A stretch of DNA of 64,000 nucleotides from NCBI RefSeq assembly GCF_006345805.1, contig NC_043005.1:31806001-31870000 (forward strand), given 5' to 3'. The translations under genes were made by a program, and so were the position numbers. Below are positions 26,448 through 39,420 of this stretch, one piece after another; position 1 is the stretch's first letter, and every line of letters begins with the position of its first letter. Under the pieces are notes generated by a model, which was not told the origin of the DNA, did not search any database, and saw only the letters and a program-made list of their open reading frames with translations. This stretch comes from Octopus sinensis (Eukaryota).

Positions 26448-27872
26448 CAAATGACAAACAGCTGGAAACACTATTAAAGACAGTTCATGGATTTACCAAA
26501 GAAATAGATATGAAATTTGGATTAGAAAAATGCGCCAAAGTAACCATGAAAAGAGGAAAACTAGTTAAGAGTAGCAACATCACACTAGATAAAACCAATG
26601 AAATAAAAGAATTAGACCAAAGGCAAACTTACAAATACTTAGGAATCCATGAACTAGATAAGACACAACACACACACAATGAAAGAGAAAATAAAAAAGA
26701 ATATTATAGACGAGTTAGATCAATACTAAAAACAGAGCTCAATACTAAAAACAAGATAATAGGTATCAACACTTTAGCTGTCCCAGTTATAAGTTACAGC
26801 TACAATATCCTTAACTGGACACGAAATGAACTGACCAAAATAGATAGAAAACAAGAAAAATACTGACAGGATCTAGGATGCATCACCCAAAATCTGACAT
26901 AGAAAGACTATATATACAACGTATAGAAGGTGGTAGAGGCCTTATACAGCTGGAAAACTACTATAAAATAACCACCATAGGACTGCAAAAATATCTACTT
27001 CAGAAGGAAGGAAAACTGATCCAGTTAGCGGCAAAACACGAGCAAAACAAAAAACTGTTCTCAGTATTTAAGGAAGCTGACAAATACAAACAAGAAATCA
27101 TACCACCTAATAAACATGAAGAAGAAGAAGAAGAAAGAAGAAGAAGAAGAAGAAGAAGAAGAAGATGAAGAAGAAGAAGAAGAAGAAGAAGAAGAAGAAA
27201 GAAGAAGAAGAAGAAGAAGAGAAGAAGAAGAGAAGAAGAAGAAGAAGAAGAAACAACAAAAGCTATAAAGCAATGAAATCCAAACTAAAAATAGAACAGC
27301 AACGAACCATGATAAAACGATGGCAAGAAAAGCCCCTTCATGGTAAATACTGGACTAAACTAAACGCAAAAGAAATAGACAAAGAAAAATCCCAGCAATG
27401 GTTGAGAAGCTCAGGACTCAAAGCAGAAACAGAGGGTTTTTTAATTGCAGCACAGACCAAAGCCTCCCCACCAGAAATTACCAAAAACATGTAATGAAAA
27501 GAAATATTACAAGTAACTGCAGAATATGTGGAGATGGACAAGAAACAATAAATCATATTATCTCTAGCTGCCCAGTCCTGGCTAAGAAGGAATATATTCA
27601 CAGACATGACAGAGTTGGAACCTACATACATTGGAAGCTATGCCAACATTATGGAATAACAACAGAAAAAAGATGGTATAAGCACACACCAGAAAAGGTC
27701 ACAGAAAACGAGAAAGCAACCATACTCTGGGATATGCCGATACACACAGTTAGAGAAATTAAGGCCAACAGACCAATAACCATCAGAGCATCACAACAAA
27801 TCACAGCACATACCCAAGGCACACAGAGCTGCGCTCGGTAGTGAAGTGAAAGCACGCTATAAAAATAAACTA

Positions 27873-27876
<4 letters not shown>
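26444..27876 (+). mobile_element. R4/Dong-like LINE, 5'-truncated, inserted in (AAT)n
   Basis: MKFGLEKC, YKYLGI, HPKSDIERLY..GGRGL, CRICGDGQETINHIISSC..HRHD, ILWDMPI..KANRP, then an internal deletion. Flanked on both sides by (AAT)n (26374-26443 and 27877-27945). Confidence 0.9.
27119..27250. repeat. (GAA)n microsatellite inside the LINE ORF
   Basis: The GAA array interrupts the coding frame between the RT and zinc-finger regions. Confidence 0.95.
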
Positions 27877-27946
<70 letters not shown>

Positions 27947-27995
27947 CATCAAAAAATATCTTAAGAATGAGAACCCAGGTTCGAAATTTTCCCAA

Positions 27996-28042
27996 GACAC
28001 CTGATGAAGGCTGTAGGGTATATCAGCCGAAACGTTTTGTTA
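27996..28042 (+). ncRNA. Minimal type I hammerhead ribozyme motif (PLE type)
   Basis: GACAC-CTGATGA-A-GGCTG(tagggtatat)CAGCC-GAAAC-GT-T-TTGTT: intact core, perfect 5-bp stem II, palindromic ACGT stem III. Stem I has a mismatch at the first pair. Confidence 0.75.
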
Positions 28043-28144
28043 ACAACAAACAAGTCAAATGTAAATAATGTAAATAATATCTCCACAGTCCTTCATAGAG
28101 AATTCTGAAATATCCTCTGTTGTGAATTTTATGTGCCACAGATA

Positions 28145-28183
<39 letters not shown>

Positions 28184-28184
<1 letters not shown>

Positions 28185-29573
28185 CAAAGTGAAATTGTAA
28201 GGTACTGCACGAGTGGAAATATATATGAAAGAAGGTTTGAAAATGCAATTTTAAAGATGTTTATTCACTTGACCGGTTTCACTTTTTTAGAAAAAGATTG
28301 TCAAAAGTAAAATGTAAAGCTTTGTAAAAGCTTTGTTGTGTTAAGTACTGGTTGTTACAAAATATTACAATGCATATATACATTCTTTGATAATAATAAG
28401 AATATGTTAAAAACAGTTTACAAGGAAATACACACACGCGAACAAACACATACACACACACGCGAACAAACACATACACACACACACATGCGCACACACA
28501 ACACCATGACAAATACCAATCATACACATATAAACACACACAACACCAGACAATCATAACAACACAAACAAACTCAGACACACACACATACACTCATGTA
28601 CACACACACTCACGTACACACACATAACATCCCCACCAACACGAAAAACACACAAGCATACACACGCACCCACAGATGCACACATACATACACACGAACA
28701 AGCACATACACACACTTGCGCACGCACAACACCCTAACAAATATTAATCACACACATACACACACAAACGTGTACACATGCACACACACCATCCTACCAA
28801 ATATAAAACACACACAGATACATTTACATACACACCAATAAACTCTGGGACCAATCAAAAACGGCCCACACACACAAACACATGTATACACACACACACA
28901 AACACAAACACCTGTATACACACACACACTCACACCATTCTGACCTCTGAGACCGGTCCCAAAATTCACTGAATCATGAAAGACTAGCCATGAAAGACCA
29001 ACCATGAAAGAGAAACAAAAAAATCCTTTCAATTCCACATTGCTCTTCCTTCTCCCCACTCAAACCAACCTTCCACACTGTCCCTTAAAATAGTAAACAA
29101 CCTTTAGCTTCACACAAAATGAAAAAATGCAAAAACAGGTCAGTTCATCTCAAATTCTTTGTAAACTCCTAAATATATCTCCTTCTGTGTATATATGTAC
29201 AACCAAATATGACTTTTTTTAACTAATACTTTTGTGTGCATATATATAGATACTTCCAAACAAACATGATTTTTCAATGAAATTCTAATATGTTTATTGA
29301 AATTTTTGTTTAATATTTTCTCAAGATATTTCCTTGTGAACTGTTTTTAACATTTTCTTTTTATTATCAAAGAATGTATATATGTATTGTAATATTTTGT
29401 GACAACCAGTACTTAACACAACAAAGCTTTTACAAAGCTTTACATTTTACTTTTGACAATCTCTTTCTCAAAAAGTGAAACCGGCCAAGTACATAAACAT
29501 CTTTAAAATTGCATTTTCAAACCTTCTTTCATATATATTTCCACTCGTGCGGTACCTTACAATTCCACTTTGT
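28184..29573. mobile_element. Foldback/MITE-like element with 247-bp inverted arms, embedded in (TA)n
   Basis: 28184-28430 is the reverse complement of 29327-29573 (about 95% by eye). (TA)n abuts both outer ends; the interior is CA-rich. Confidence 0.75.
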
Positions 29574-29590
29574 TATATATATATATATAT

Positions 29591-29642
<52 letters not shown>

Positions 29643-30017
29643 GAGATATTTGTCATGAAACGACACCTCTATTTCCCTACAAATCTAATAAATTTAGGAA
29701 TAAAGCATGGTTAAAGACATCCGGCATTCGATGTTCCCTACAGGTAAAACAGGAATATCAAGAAAACACTAGTAGAAGGAAGAAACATGGTACTGGATGG
29801 AGTAGGGGACGTGTGAGATACAGAAACATCAATTAATTTTGTCAACCCCTGTTTTTCTTCATTTTCTCTTCGATTTCTTTCTCCTTCTTCAGCTCTTTCT
29901 TTTTTGTGTTCTTCTTTCACTTAACGCACAAACACACACACATATATATATGCACATACACATATTCATACACATACACATCCACACGCACACACACGCA
30001 CACACACACACACACAC

Positions 30018-30061
<44 letters not shown>

Positions 30062-30429
30062 TCACACTCATATACATGCTTTCGGGCTTTCTCAGTCATC
30101 TTGCACTTTTGAATTTGTTTGTGTTTATAAATCATACAGTTATTTCGCTCAATAAACCTGATTGTTAATTTCGACGTCAAGATGTAAACTCTATATCTAC
30201 TTTTTGTGTCAGATATCACTTTGCACTTACAATGAAACGAAGAAAAACAAATGAAGATAGTATTTTTTTTTTCTTAGTCACGAAATTTCTCGTAATAAAT
30301 AAACATAGCATCGAAGGCGTCACGCATCTTACAATTCTTAAAAAGTATTCAACTTATCTATATTAAAATAAGAAATATATTCACCTATATATATTGTCAC
30401 GGAAAATATATTCATGAAAACTAATGGAA

Positions 30430-32250
30430 GCTATCAAACGCTTGTCTCTTCCTGTTTCCTGAAAACAGCTCAGGAATTTTATCGGTTTAATTAATTATTA
30501 TCGTGGCATCATTCTTAACTGCAGAGAAGTTGCTTCCCTTGACCCAGCTTTTGAAACATCAATGCAAGAAAGACACCCCGATAACGCTGTCTCCTGCAGC
30601 CATCCAAGCTCTTAAATCTGTCAAAGCTGAGCTTGCTCAAGCATTTTTCGTTGCTCATCCTGTTGCTGATGCAAAATTGTCTTTTACTGTAGATGCGTCT
30701 GCTCCCACCTTTGGTGTAGGTTTAGAGCAATCTGTCAACAGCCGAACCCAGCCACTGGCTTTCTTTTCTCGCCAGTTGAAAGCTACTGCTGAATTGAGAT
30801 ATAGTGTGTTTGGTAAGGGACTCTTAGCGATTTATCTTGCGGTGAAGTATTTCTCTCACCTTCTCGAAGGCAGATATTTCACGATTTTCACCGGCCACAA
30901 ACCGCTAACGTTCGCTCTTTTTGCCAAAACGGACAGGTACTCGCCCAGAGAAACAAGGCACTTGGACTACATATCACAGTTCGCTAGTGACATTTGCCAC
31001 ATTGCTGGCACTAACATCCCCACCGGCGCCTTATCTCGCCTGCTTGTTGGTCCATTGTCGTCCTCTGCTTCGATTGATTTGGTTACTATGGCTACTGACC
31101 AACCCTCCCTGGACTCTCTGCACATCTCTTCACCATAGTTTTCCTCCTGCAAGTTTGAACACCAGCCTCTACCTTTTTCTAAAGGAACCATTCTTTTCGA
31201 TGTTTCTACCGGGTCACCCGACCCTTCGTTCCTGAACATCACAGTCGTTTTTGAAGCACTGCATTCACTATCACACCACAGCATTGCGGACACAGTAAAG
31301 CTTATCTCGGTCCGCTTTTTCTGGGCAAATATGCGTCGGTCTATTACTGCTTGGTCATGTGCCTGTCTACCATGTCAGTGTTCCAAGGTGCATCGTCACG
31401 TGTGAGTACCCCTTGGGCACTTTCAGAAACCAGACACCAGGTTCCATCACATACACATCGACCTGGTTGGTCTTTCGTCGGTCAGTTGCGGATTTACTTA
31501 TATACTGACCTGCATCGATCGATTTTCCAGATGGCCTGAAGCCATCCCCCTTGTGGACATTTCCGTGGAATCGGTCGCCAGAGCCCTCGTCTCCAAGTGG
31601 ATAACTCGCTTCAGAGTACCCTCCGGAATTACCACCAACCGTGGACGCCAATTTGAAGCTTGTCTGTTTCGTGAGCTTTCGAGAGTGCTCGGAATTCAGT
31701 ACATCCACACCACAAGTTACCATCCCACCTCGAACGGGATGGCGGAACGGTTCCATCGCCAGCTTAAAGCCGCTATCCGTGCTGCTCCGGATCCTTATCG
31801 TTGGTCCGAGTTTCTCCCCATTGTTCAGCTGGAGTGCCGTTCATCTCTTAAGGAGGATTTAGGATACTCCTCCGTTGAACTCTTGTATGGCACCACCTTG
31901 GCACTTCCTGGCTAAATGTTGGCGCCCGTTGACTTACCGAATGCAGATCCGGCATCTTATGTCACGAGACTCAGGTCATTCTTTGCTGACCTGCTACCAA
32001 TGCTTCTTCGCGACCAGTCTGTTTCTTCTACAGTACCTCCTGATATTTCTACTTGGACTCACGTGTTTGTAAGAAATGATGCCATCAAGGGACCGCTCAC
32101 ACCTCCCTACTCTGATCCATATCGTGTTCTTAGGAGTACACCGAAACTGTTCACTGTGGACATTCACGGAAAAAGGAGACTGTCTCTATCGACAGAGTTT
32201 AAGAAAAGCCTTTTCCGAAACATTTATGCCACTTGCTGACACACCTATCA
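30430..32250 (+). mobile_element. Ty3/Gypsy LTR retrotransposon pol remnant (RT end, RNase H, integrase)
   Basis: VDAS..GVGLEQ...PLAFFSRQL..ELRYS..LLAIY...FTIFTGHKPL (RNase H); [11 protein letters not shown]...[20 protein letters not shown] (integrase core); GPLTPPYSDPYRVL (GPY/F). Frameshifts and stops. Confidence 0.95.
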
Positions 32251-32827
32251 TTCCACAAGCACCACTTCCACTCACGAAAATACCAACTACACAAACGCAT
32301 TCTACATCCCTACAGAACACGTTCTGGCAGATTAGTTCATTGGCCAAAGAAATAGTCTCAGACTATTTACATTTCTTAACTTTGCCTTGCCAGTGACTGT
32401 TCCGGAGAAGAGACTTGTTTATTATAGACACCGTACTCATATTTCTACTCTTTCTGTATCATTGTGCATTTTCACACGTTTACTTACAAAGAAACATTAT
32501 ATATATGTATATACGCAGCATACACACATCTTTCAACAAGATTTTTGTTCTGTTTGATTGGACACCTTTCTTTGCTGAACGTTTCTTTCTTTGTACATAT
32601 TTGCATTGTATTTTTCAATTGTTCTTCCATAGTTCAGATTCTGTGTATCACACATTTTGTTCTCTACTAGAACAGACATTTTTTCTGCATGTGTCCTCCA
32701 AGTTTGTACACTTGCATTGTTCATATAACTGTTTTGCCATATTTCATTCTTCTCTGTCCTTCTATCGTACACGTACATTTCGCCTACCTTCCTTTTGTTC
32801 GACTGTTTGCGGTCTAAAGGTGGGGGC

Positions 32828-33225
32828 TGTAGGCGCAGTTACCTTCCCTGACGGTAGCTGCCTAAATAGCTCGCCACTTGGAGGCACAACATGTAACTTT
32901 GAGGTTCCGGCATTCAGTCCTTTCTCTTTGTCATCGCGGCAGCAGCGTGTGAGGATGTAACCTCGTTAGCTCCTGCATAACGCATGCAACAGCTATGACG
33001 TAGAATACACAGAAGTTGAACATGACCTTCACTTGTAAACACCTTCCTTGATTATTCAACTTGCATATATTTGTGACCTCGAGTAAAAGCTTTACCGTGG
33101 CCGCAGTACCGAGGTGTGATAGTGAATGGATTCATTGTACAGTGTTCTTTCTTCGAATGACATCTATTTCAGCTTCCTGAACGGAGTCGTCATTTGATGG
33201 CTTCACTACGTGAGACCACGACCAT
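32828..33225 (+). mobile_element. Probable 3' LTR of the Gypsy element
   Basis: A polypurine tract AAAGGTGGGGG is followed almost directly by TGTAG at 32828. The right boundary is uncertain and no partner LTR was seen. Confidence 0.5.
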
Positions 33226-34929
33226 CTATAAGAACTTAGACAGCTGTAAACTCCAGTGATACAGTATAACATCGACTTCATTGATCTGAAACAAGTTTGG
33301 AATTCCATGCTAATTTCCCCACTAAAACTTTTACAAAGTCTTGCAAGTCATCTATTTCTTATCAATATCATTCAATCAATATGAAAGGAAGCAAATTTGC
33401 TAATGATTAAAGTTGCGTCTGTTTGAAAGATAAATAATTAAGCAGGTGTATGAAAATATAAAGAAGCCACTGTAATACTAACTTAGCATTTCTTAATTAC
33501 AGCAAAGCATTCGCCTGATAATGGAAAATATTGGCATTGTTTAACGTCACAAAACGTTTTGTCCATTTTAAAGGATATATATTTAGCCAAATGAATCGCT
33601 CAGTCTTTGATATTTCCTGGTACAGGAACCCTAAATTTATCAGAATCTAGAAATATCGTAACTTCACTAGGGAGAATAATTCGATCACGTAAGTATTTGT
33701 ATTTCTTAAAGATGGTATTGTTTACTGACATCCGATTTCTTCAGCTGCCATATTATTAATTAACTTTTAGATTAATTTTCATTATCTCCCCATGAATTCA
33801 TTCTTTGTCTTCAATTACTTTCTATTATTTCTATTTATCGTCCAAACTGCCTGGAAATTAACACAAAATATATTTTGATAAATATCCCCCATATAATTTT
33901 TAACAGTTATCTCATTAACATATATTTAATAATTAACCGCATATACATATAATAATTAATCTCATATACATATATTTGATAAATGATCTCAGTAGCATAT
34001 ATTAATTTAAGAGAATATTAGGAAAAAATCTTAATATGTAATTTTTTTCACAAGCGTTGTTCATTCCTTCTCCTTTTCCAGTCTTTATATTTATGTTCTC
34101 TCTCTCTTTTTCTCTTCCTCCCTCTCTCCGTCCTTTCTCTTCCTCCCTCTCTCCCTCCTCTCTCTCTTTTTCTCTTCCCCCTCTCTCCGTCCTTTCTCTT
34201 CCTCCATCTCTCCCCCTCTCTCACTTTCTCTCTTCGATAACAAACAATATTAAATGTATCAGTATATAATTGTTACATCCATTACTCCACTTTATCATTT
34301 CACACTACCGAACCTACACAACTCTAGATTATTAAAAACAACCCTTTAATGTATTCAGTAGCTAATTTTTTTACATAATACAAAAGTGAATTAATACTCA
34401 TGATTATGGCTTGTCCATTAAAATTTACTCCATTCTTTTCAATTTCTTGTAATTTCCCGGCATTAATTGATATGTTACTTTTCGTCGTTGTTGTCATAGT
34501 AGTAGGTGTAGTAGCAGCAGCAGCTTTACGTTTGCAAAGAAAGGACGCTGTTCTTTGGAGCTCATGTAGTATTGAATTTTATTTTGAAGAATGTTATTTT
34601 GGTTTGTGTTGTATTATTTTGTTAATAAACCAACCAGCATGCTCTAGAGTTAGTTGGCTTTGTGAAATATTTGTCCCTTCGGGCGAATTTTGGAATTTTC
34701 AGTCTCAAAGTTACATATATTTTAAAGAAAAACAATATCGTTTCTCAAATAGAGGGAGACAGCTATAGGAAGAACCATTGTGGAAATAGTTTCCCATCAC
34801 TACTTGCTACAGTAAATAGAGAACGTATGAATAATAATTGCAACTGCAAAAACATAAGTGAAAAAGAACTTGCAGGAACAGTAACAGCATCAGCGACAAT
34901 GAGAAGCAAGACAAAAAGAACATTGAAAC

Positions 34930-35490
34930 AAACATGACTACCACCACCATCACCACCACCACCAAGTAGCAGAGCTTTCTTTACAGAACAAAGACATGCA
35001 AAAGTGCTTCTTTCCAAAAATTGCAGAGCAATATGCCTGAACACGTTACAACAAATTCACATGGAAACCCAAAGAAAAATAATGACATATAAATGCATTT
35101 GGAGCAAAAGTAAGCGACTTGAGCGAGTAGCGTTGCTTTAAACTAATCTCAACCTATGTCACTTGAAAAACACACTTTGGCACGGTTGAAGCGAGGTTTC
35201 CTACCAAAGAAGCAGCGAAGAGAAATCCAATTGCAACGAGAAAGAGTAACGAACTGCTACTGATTTAAATATACTTCGGTTCGAGAGTAAAAATATAGGT
35301 GACCGGGGTATCGCCAGAAGTAGATATCGCCTTGCTTGTGGCAGCCGTAATATATGGCACAGATAATAAAACGAGTATTCTACAAGTCTACAAACTAGGA
35401 AAGAAAAATTGGTCAGGCACAGAAATGCAACAATTTATCCAGACCGAGCAGGCATGGCAGTCATCCCTGACTTTATCGCCCACCTAAATG
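34930..35490 (+). mobile_element. Tx1-like ORF1 fragment (divergent subfamily)
   Basis: VTGVSPEVDIALLVAAVIYG...ILQVYKLGKKNWSG aligns by eye with IKNVTPEIEIKWLVSAICYD...ILEIAVLDQQNWIS of the ORF1 at 36874-37347. Confidence 0.55.
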
Positions 35491-35689
35491 GTTTTCACAG
35501 AAGGCCCAAATGATATATATATGTAGAGATGAAAACCAGCTAAGAGCTTTCTGCAGAAAAAGGAAGACCCCTCTACTGCTAACGCTTTCACCACAACAGG
35601 AAAATTTGTAACAAAAGCAGAAGCAGCAACATCAACAAAAGCAGCACCAACAACAGTTGAATCAAGAGCAGCAGCATCAAAATATCAGC

Positions 35690-37460
35690 AACAGCACGAA
35701 AAGGAACAAGAAAAATGTCTGCCGAACATGTGCTGGAGGGCCCGCGGGCTGTGGAGTCTGGTCTCGCTGATGGCAATGATACGCAGATTCTATGACTTTG
35801 TCATTTAATAGGTAGCTTTGTTTCCAAGGCGACCCCGAGCCACGTACATTTACACTACCTATTTTGAGCATGTTCTTATCGAAAGTTGTGTTTTACACAC
35901 GAAAGGAAGACGAAAGACAGAGTCACGGTCCGAAAGTTGCTTGTCCTTCACCTCACTGACTTATCCCAGAAGGCTTTTGTATAGTTTTTTTAGACAGGTA
36001 TTTTTGAAATCCCTACTGCATCCGGGTAGGGAGATTCCAGTGTTCTGTGTGTGTTATGTGTATGATTTTAATGTGTTGTGGTGGTGTTGTGCGTTGGTGA
36101 TTCTTTGTTTTGGTATCGTTTTTTTTTGTTATGTTGGTGTTTGACCTAATGTATTCCATTAGGTCTAGATTGTTGGTGTTTATAGCTATCAACATTGCTG
36201 GGGCATTTGGTGTTAGTGTGTTTGTGTTGATGCTTTTGTTTTCTGCGGATGTTTTGGTTTGTCTGCTTCTCTATTCTTTTTCCCCCTTTTTCTGCTTCTC
36301 CCTGTAGCCAATCCTCTGTGTCGTCTTCATCTGACCACATGTCGGAGGAATCAGAGAGTGGGAGAGGAAGGGTATTTGGGTCTATAGGTGATTTTGTTGT
36401 TGGTGCTGGTTGGTGACAGTTGGGATGTGATGTATGGGTGTTGAGGGCTGGGATATAAGTCTTTTTGGTTTTCTCTTCTTCCTTTGGAGTTTTGTTGGTG
36501 GCGGTGCTGCTTCTGTTCTTTGTGGAGCTGGTGGTGGTGGTGTTTGGTTGGGCGGCAGGCTTGTTGGTTGCTGATGTTCCTTCGTTTATTTGTAGAGCTA
36601 TTTAATTAGTTGTGCATATGGCGTTGTGGATAACAGTGCTGGGTTTTTTCTCGGTTTTTGGTTTTCTTATTGTTGTTGTTCGTGATCTTGTTGTCGTTAT
36701 TGTTTCTGTGTTAGTGGGCAACTGATTTTCAGATGTGATTCGCTACCACAAAAGTAGCAACGTGGCTTTCTGCCTACGACGGCCACATGCAAACTCGAAT
36801 CGTCTGTCAGTTTGATTTGATGTGGAATTTTTCCGAAATTCATCGGATCAATTTAAGCAAGAATTTCAACTCCTTAACTAATCCAATTTTGCTGGTCCAG
36901 GACAGCGATTTCCAAGATATGGATTTCGTCCTCGATGTCGTAACAAATGGCAGACACAAGCCATTTTATTTCTATTTCAGGGGTCACATTTTTTATTTTT
37001 ATTTTTGTGACCCTACGACCAAGGTATGTAGGGATCATTATTAAGTTGTTGCATTCAAAGAACTTTTTGGAGAGGTCCTTGGTTCTTTCTTCACTGTTGA
37101 ATCTAACTTCGATCGTGGCAAATCTGTTTCCCCTCGTGATGTAGTCTTTAAAGGCCCATATTGGCCTCAAACAGTTTTCTACTTTTTTTGAGTGGCCGTT
37201 TTGTATAGTTTTGTTTTTAGGTTGTCTTGAAAATAGTTGTTTTTGAGATTTTTCTGTGATGCTTTGTGGTGTCTGTAGTTGTATGGTGTGTTCGTCTGTT
37301 TTACACATTGTCTTGCAGGTAGGCAGTTCTTCCTTCGAAAAGAACATGATTTTTTTTCTTTTGCTTTAAAGTTGCAGCAAAATTGTTTTGAGTATTCGTG
37401 TTGGTTGTGGTGGTGATGGCGGTAGTGGTGGTGGCAGTGTTTATAGTAGTAAACGTATTT
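35690..37460 (-). mobile_element. Tx1/L1-clade LINE 5' portion (ORF1 with zinc knuckle, start of APE ORF2)
   Basis: CYFCGSESHLKISC (CX2CX4HX4C) at 36718-36759; KIGSVNVRG...LRIIAISETRL APE N-terminus at about 35750-35870. Confidence 0.8.
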
Positions 37461-37781
37461 GTTTCTTTGTATCTCCTAAAACCTGTGTATGTTCAAGCGG
37501 AACGGATTTAGCTTCCCTCGCCTCTGGCAAGTCGATGGCTTCCTGGCTTGGCTTAGCCATTTTCGTTTTGAATATGGCTAGGAAACCGAAGAAAATTTTT
37601 TTTAATTTTGGTAATAGCAGTAATTTGCTATTACAAGATTTACTGGTGTTGAAGGAGATGGTATTAAACACCTACTTCACAAAAAATATTCCACAAATTT
37701 ACAGTACTTCTACACACAAAAAAACTTACTTGGAGCCGGTTTTTCTACAGTCCATTCAGGAGAGGGAGAGAGAGAGAGAGA

Positions 37782-39420
37782 GATTTCTTTATTGGCCACG
37801 CAGGGCTGAACACAGAAGGGACAAAATACAAAGTAGAGGTTTCCTTTTTGAGAAGAAGAGAAGGAGAAAAAAATGGTTCGAGTTCCGATCAAAAGGGATC
37901 ATGAAAATAAAAAAAAATGGAGCCCATCAATAGGGATCGTGTATCACAGAAATGTCAATATAAAAAGAGAAAACAGATTAGGTTTGTCCGTAGATAGAAA
38001 AGCCTACGGAAAAGACCACAGGAACCTTGGGCAATAGTGTCATGCAAAAAGTAAACACATTACAGTAAGTGGCTCTCTGTTTTCCTTTCGTTTTTTGTGT
38101 TTTTTCTTTTGGTTCATAGGATTACGCTCAAGCTGGCTCCGTCATTCATACGTGCCATCCTTGCTACATTCACCCATCTTTTTGTGAAACATTCCCTAGA
38201 CAAAACTTCCCTCTGTACTCTCACCTTCCTCTTCAAGTGATACTTGAAGTTGATGAGAGATTGACCAGAGAGTAAAGTGTTTGTCTCTAGACCTTTCAGA
38301 CGCGTCCACCATACACATTCTTTCGCGATAGCCACAAGTACGATGAAAATGGCTCTTCCTTCCCGTTTCAAGGAAGGAGGCGCGACAGTATTCCCGATAG
38401 ACTAGGTTTATAAATCGACTCGTCCCACACGCAATAGCAGTTGTTCGACATAGGCCCACAGGTCGGAAATGGTTGGACACTGTATGAGTGCGTGCAGGAC
38501 GGTTTCGTCGCTCTGACCGCATCTCGGACAACAAGCCCTGTGTTTCTCGAGCCATGCCTGTAGAGCTTATCCCGAACGGGTAGTGCTTCTCGATAGCACT
38601 GCCATGCCAGGGATCTCTGGAAGTTGTCCATAGGTCCCGGCCCGAAAGTCGTCTTGAACAGGCGGGTCAGGTATTTTTCGTCAACGCCTAGGTTCGCCCC
38701 GAGATTGTCGTCGTACCTCCCCTCCACTAATCCCCTATAGAATGCTGTGGTTGTGTTAAAGTCGCTCAAGGTCGACCCGGGACGGCATAGTTACCTGAGA
38801 GCAACGCGACATTTGCGGTGACATTCGCCCTTCCTCAGACCCTTTTGATCCACAACTGCCGTTCGAACAGGGAGACGAGCTGCGGGAAAGCGCGCCTCAC
38901 AAACGGCGACCACACCTGTTCCCCATTCGTCTACGTAGAGCCGGAGATGTTGCGCGTGTCTGAACATCATCATAAGTCTGGTCTCACTTATGGCTATGAT
39001 TTCTAACTTGTGTGACTTTATGTCACTTAACAGGTACCCTTGTTTCCAAGAGGGCCCCAAGCCACGCACATTCACACAACCAATCTTGATTATAATCCTA
39101 GTGAATTAAAACACAAACGAAAGGAACAGAGGGTTACTTACTGCTCGAAAGTTTTTGCTTTCCCCTCCTTTGGTTTGTCGTCGAGGAGATCCCAATACAG
39201 TTTCTTTGCAAGGTATTCTTGGCATTTACTAACCGCACTGGGGAAAATTCCTTTTAGTGTGTGGTGTAGACTTCGTGAAATGTGTAGTATTTGGATGTGC
39301 TCCGGTGGTGTTGTGCATGAGTGATTGTTTTTATGTCATCTTTTGTTAGGTTTGTTTTTTATTTGATGTATTCCACTGAATTTAGGTAAATAATCCTTCG
39401 AACAGACGGTCAGTAGCGAC
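37782..39420 (-). mobile_element. Tx1/L1-clade LINE with large internal deletion
   Basis: The APE start (NVRGLG...IIAISETRL) joins the post-RT region near 38975. ALPVRDKLYRHG and YHLKRKVRVQREVL are present. The 3' end AATAAAGAAATC abuts (TC)n. Confidence 0.85.
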
